Shown here piece by piece: positions 56,932 through 58,576 of a DNA stretch of 58,576 nt (the first letter of the stretch is position 1; each line of letters opens with the position of its first letter). A program made the position numbers and the translations under genes. Source of the DNA: Clostridia bacterium (GTDB lineage: Bacteria > Bacillota > Clostridia > UBA1212); NCBI GenBank assembly GCA_017959965.1, contig JAGCZO010000066.1, positions 1-58,576 on the forward strand, written 5' to 3'. The notes under the pieces are model-generated. The model was not told the DNA's origin. It saw nothing but the letters and a program-made list of their open reading frames with translations, and did no database searches.

Positions 56932-58576
56932 TCAAGGCTCCTCGGTCTGTTCCGAGACAGGTTCTGAAGTGGGCTCAGGCGTGGGCTCCGCGGCAGGCTC
57001 TGCCGTGGGTTCAGGCGTAGGCTCCGCAGTGGGCTCGGGCGTAGGCTCCGCTGTGGGCTCTGCTGTGGGAGCAGCCGTAGGCTCCGCTGTCGGCTCAGGC
57101 GTTGGCATGGGTTCGGCAGTCGGCTCGGCTGTGGGTTCCGCAGTCGGCGTCGGCGTTGGCGTCGGTGTAGGTGTGGGAGTAGGTGTAGGTGTTTCCGTCG
57201 GCGTCTCGGTGGGGATCTCCGTTGGAACTTCGGTGGGAGTCGGCTCCGGAGTTGCCGTAGGCGTTGGCGTCGGAGTAGGTGTCGGCGTTGGCGTCGGCGT
57301 CGGCGTCGGTCTGTAGGCCACCGTGATCTCTACAAGATATTCGCCCACGAGCTCCACCCCTTCGGGCAGCGTGAACGAGATGTTCCTGAAGTTGTAAATG
57401 CCTTCGTTGGGAAGCTCGATCTGGGGCTTCAGCGTGCTGGCTCTGATATTCTGAAGCGACTCGCTCCGGCCCTTGACTTTGACGACGATATTCCCTTTTT
57501 TGTCGAGAATCTCATCGGAATAGGATATCTGGTAGACGTAAACGTCATCGTTGCGGCCTACCTGCGTAATATCATCGGGCGAGATCGTTATCTGTTTTGT
57601 GACGTATTTTCCTATTTCAATGCTTACCGTGGCGGTTCCGGAATAAGAATCCTGCGCATCCACAAGATAGAGACGTGAGGACATGTAGTCCGCAATGGCA
57701 AAATCCTTTTCGAAGCTCTCCGTTGCGCCGCTTATATCCACCGCTCCCAGGTCAATGCTTTTGAGGTTTACCAGGTCGGTGGAGTTGCCGTCCACAAGGA
57801 CCTCCTTCACGGAAATATCATCGGAAACGAAGAAGCAGTCCTGGCCGGGAACGCCCTTGACGGAATATTTTACCGGCACCCTCTTGGCAACGTCGATCTT
57901 TACCGTGATCTTCTCCGAATTGAAATTGGCGGTAACGTCGGTCCCGTCGCTTGTCATGTATCTTCCGATGACCGTGATGGACCTGTCGCTCTCCACGGAG
58001 TTTTCATTAACGTTGCCGGAAAGATTGACGCTGATGTACTCGAGGTTTTCGAGAGCGCTCTCAAATCCGCTTATCGGCACGCTGTCGGGCTCCGACGTGA
58101 CGGAAAGGATCTCATAGCCGGCTTTGACTATGGATTCCGTGAAATCCACTTTGACGGGCAGATAAAGCTCTGTCCTTTTATCGTAATTTACCGCGATCTC
58201 CTTCGGATAGTAGTCCTCGATCTTTATGCCCCGCTTGGAGCACTCCGGCGGGTCAACGGGAAGAAACGCGCTGCCTGTATCCTTGATCTTCGAAAAATCC
58301 ACCTTCAGGGAAAGGTCGCTGGGCAGCAGCTTCTTAATAAGGCTCTGTCTGCCGGACACTTTTACTTCGGCAGTCACGACGCCAAGGTCCGAAACCAGAG
58401 AAAGCTCCTGCTGGGCGGGAGCGCTGAAATTCTCAAAGGTCACCTCAACGTTAAGAGACATCTCAACGACAGGGTTCGTCGCGTCCATGACAAGAAGCCA
58501 TGCGACGATGCCAATGATCGCGGCGTAGATAAGGAGAGCGGGCTTGCTCAGGAATATTCGCTTGACTTTGTTAAGA
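56932..58576 (-). CDS. YbbR-domain (CdaR-like) protein with C-terminal Pro/Thr/Glu/Ala-rich tail; 5' end outside the window
   Basis: ORF 56932-58488 stays open upstream to the window edge, reading ...[34 protein letters not shown], the expected N-terminal TM helix. Repeated beta-rich YbbR-like modules follow, then a low-complexity tail. Confidence 0.7.
   Translation of the reverse strand, partial: LNKVKRIFLSKPALLIYAAIIGIVAWLLVMDATNPVVEMSLNVEVTFENFSAPAQQELSLVSDLGVVTAEVKVSGRQSLIKKLLPSDLSLKVDFSKIKDTGSAFLPVDPPECSKRGIKIEDYYPKEIAVNYDKRTELYLPVKVDFTESIVKAGYEILSVTSEPDSVPISGFESALENLEYISVNLSGNVNENSVESDRSITVIGRYMTSDGTDVTANFNSEKITVKIDVAKRVPVKYSVKGVPGQDCFFVSDDISVKEVLVDGNSTDLVNLKSIDLGAVDISGATESFEKDFAIADYMSSRLYLVDAQDSYSGTATVSIEIGKYVTKQITISPDDITQVGRNDDVYVYQISYSDEILDKKGNIVVKVKGRSESLQNIRASTLKPQIELPNEGIYNFRNISFTLPEGVELVGEYLVEITVAYRPTPTPTPTPTPTPTPTPTATPEPTPTEVPTEIPTETPTETPTPTPTPTPTPTPTPTAEPTAEPTAEPMPTPEPTAEPTAAPTAEPTAEPTPEPTAEPTPEPTAEPAAEPTPEPTSEPVSEQTEEP
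56935..57312. repeat. Low-complexity coding repeats, (PT)n and (EPTA)n, of about 126 codons
   Basis: The encoded sequence is [32 protein letters not shown]...[66 protein letters not shown].... At the DNA level these are 6-nt and 12-nt periodic ggcgtc/ggctcNgc runs. Confidence 0.9.

Noticed and set aside
56969-57316. A 115-aa plus-strand ORF made of GVGS/GVGV repeats.
   Set aside because: It is the mirror image of the (PT)n/(EPTA)n coding repeats of the YbbR-like gene on the minus strand. It has no SD site and no independent support.

Overview
This 58.6-kb window looks like chromosomal DNA from a moderately GC-rich Firmicutes/Clostridia-type bacterium. Supporting signs are GGAGG Shine-Dalgarno sites, many near-consensus TTGACA-N17-TATAAT promoters, and an SRP RNA directly upstream of dnaX. 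About 85% of the coding sequence is on the minus strand. Clear housekeeping genes (gap, proS, Ca-type P-type ATPase, topB, tgt-yajC, fhs, alr, split transketolase, rpiB, dnaX, ffs, a YbbR/CdaR-like gene) alternate with accessory genes. The accessory genes encode large secreted or lipid-anchored proteins and glycan-related enzymes, including GH38 alpha-mannosidase, a CE2-like SGNH esterase, a beta-helix carbohydrate-binding lipoprotein, a CBM9-like protein and several family-unassigned glycosidase-like proteins. I saw no tRNA, rRNA, CRISPR array, transposase, integrase or phage genes. Several ORF-track entries carry spurious N-terminal extensions, so I re-placed those starts at internal ATGs with good SD sites. 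Two partial genes run off the window edges (1-393 and 56932-58576). The items most worth follow-up are these. (1) A two-gene secreted module (7114-13158) shares an atypical dockerin; one protein combines cohesin-like, dockerin, lamin-tail, CotH and RCC1-repeat modules. (2) A ~450-bp array of ~183-bp structured repeats (25246-25694) between convergent genes has hairpins maintained by compensatory substitutions. (3) A 1014-aa orphan lipoprotein is translationally coupled (ATGA overlap) to a QueG-like Fe-S protein beside tgt-yajC. All domain and family calls come from motif recognition by eye, not from searches. I found no defence, toxin or mobile system that I can support from the sequence.
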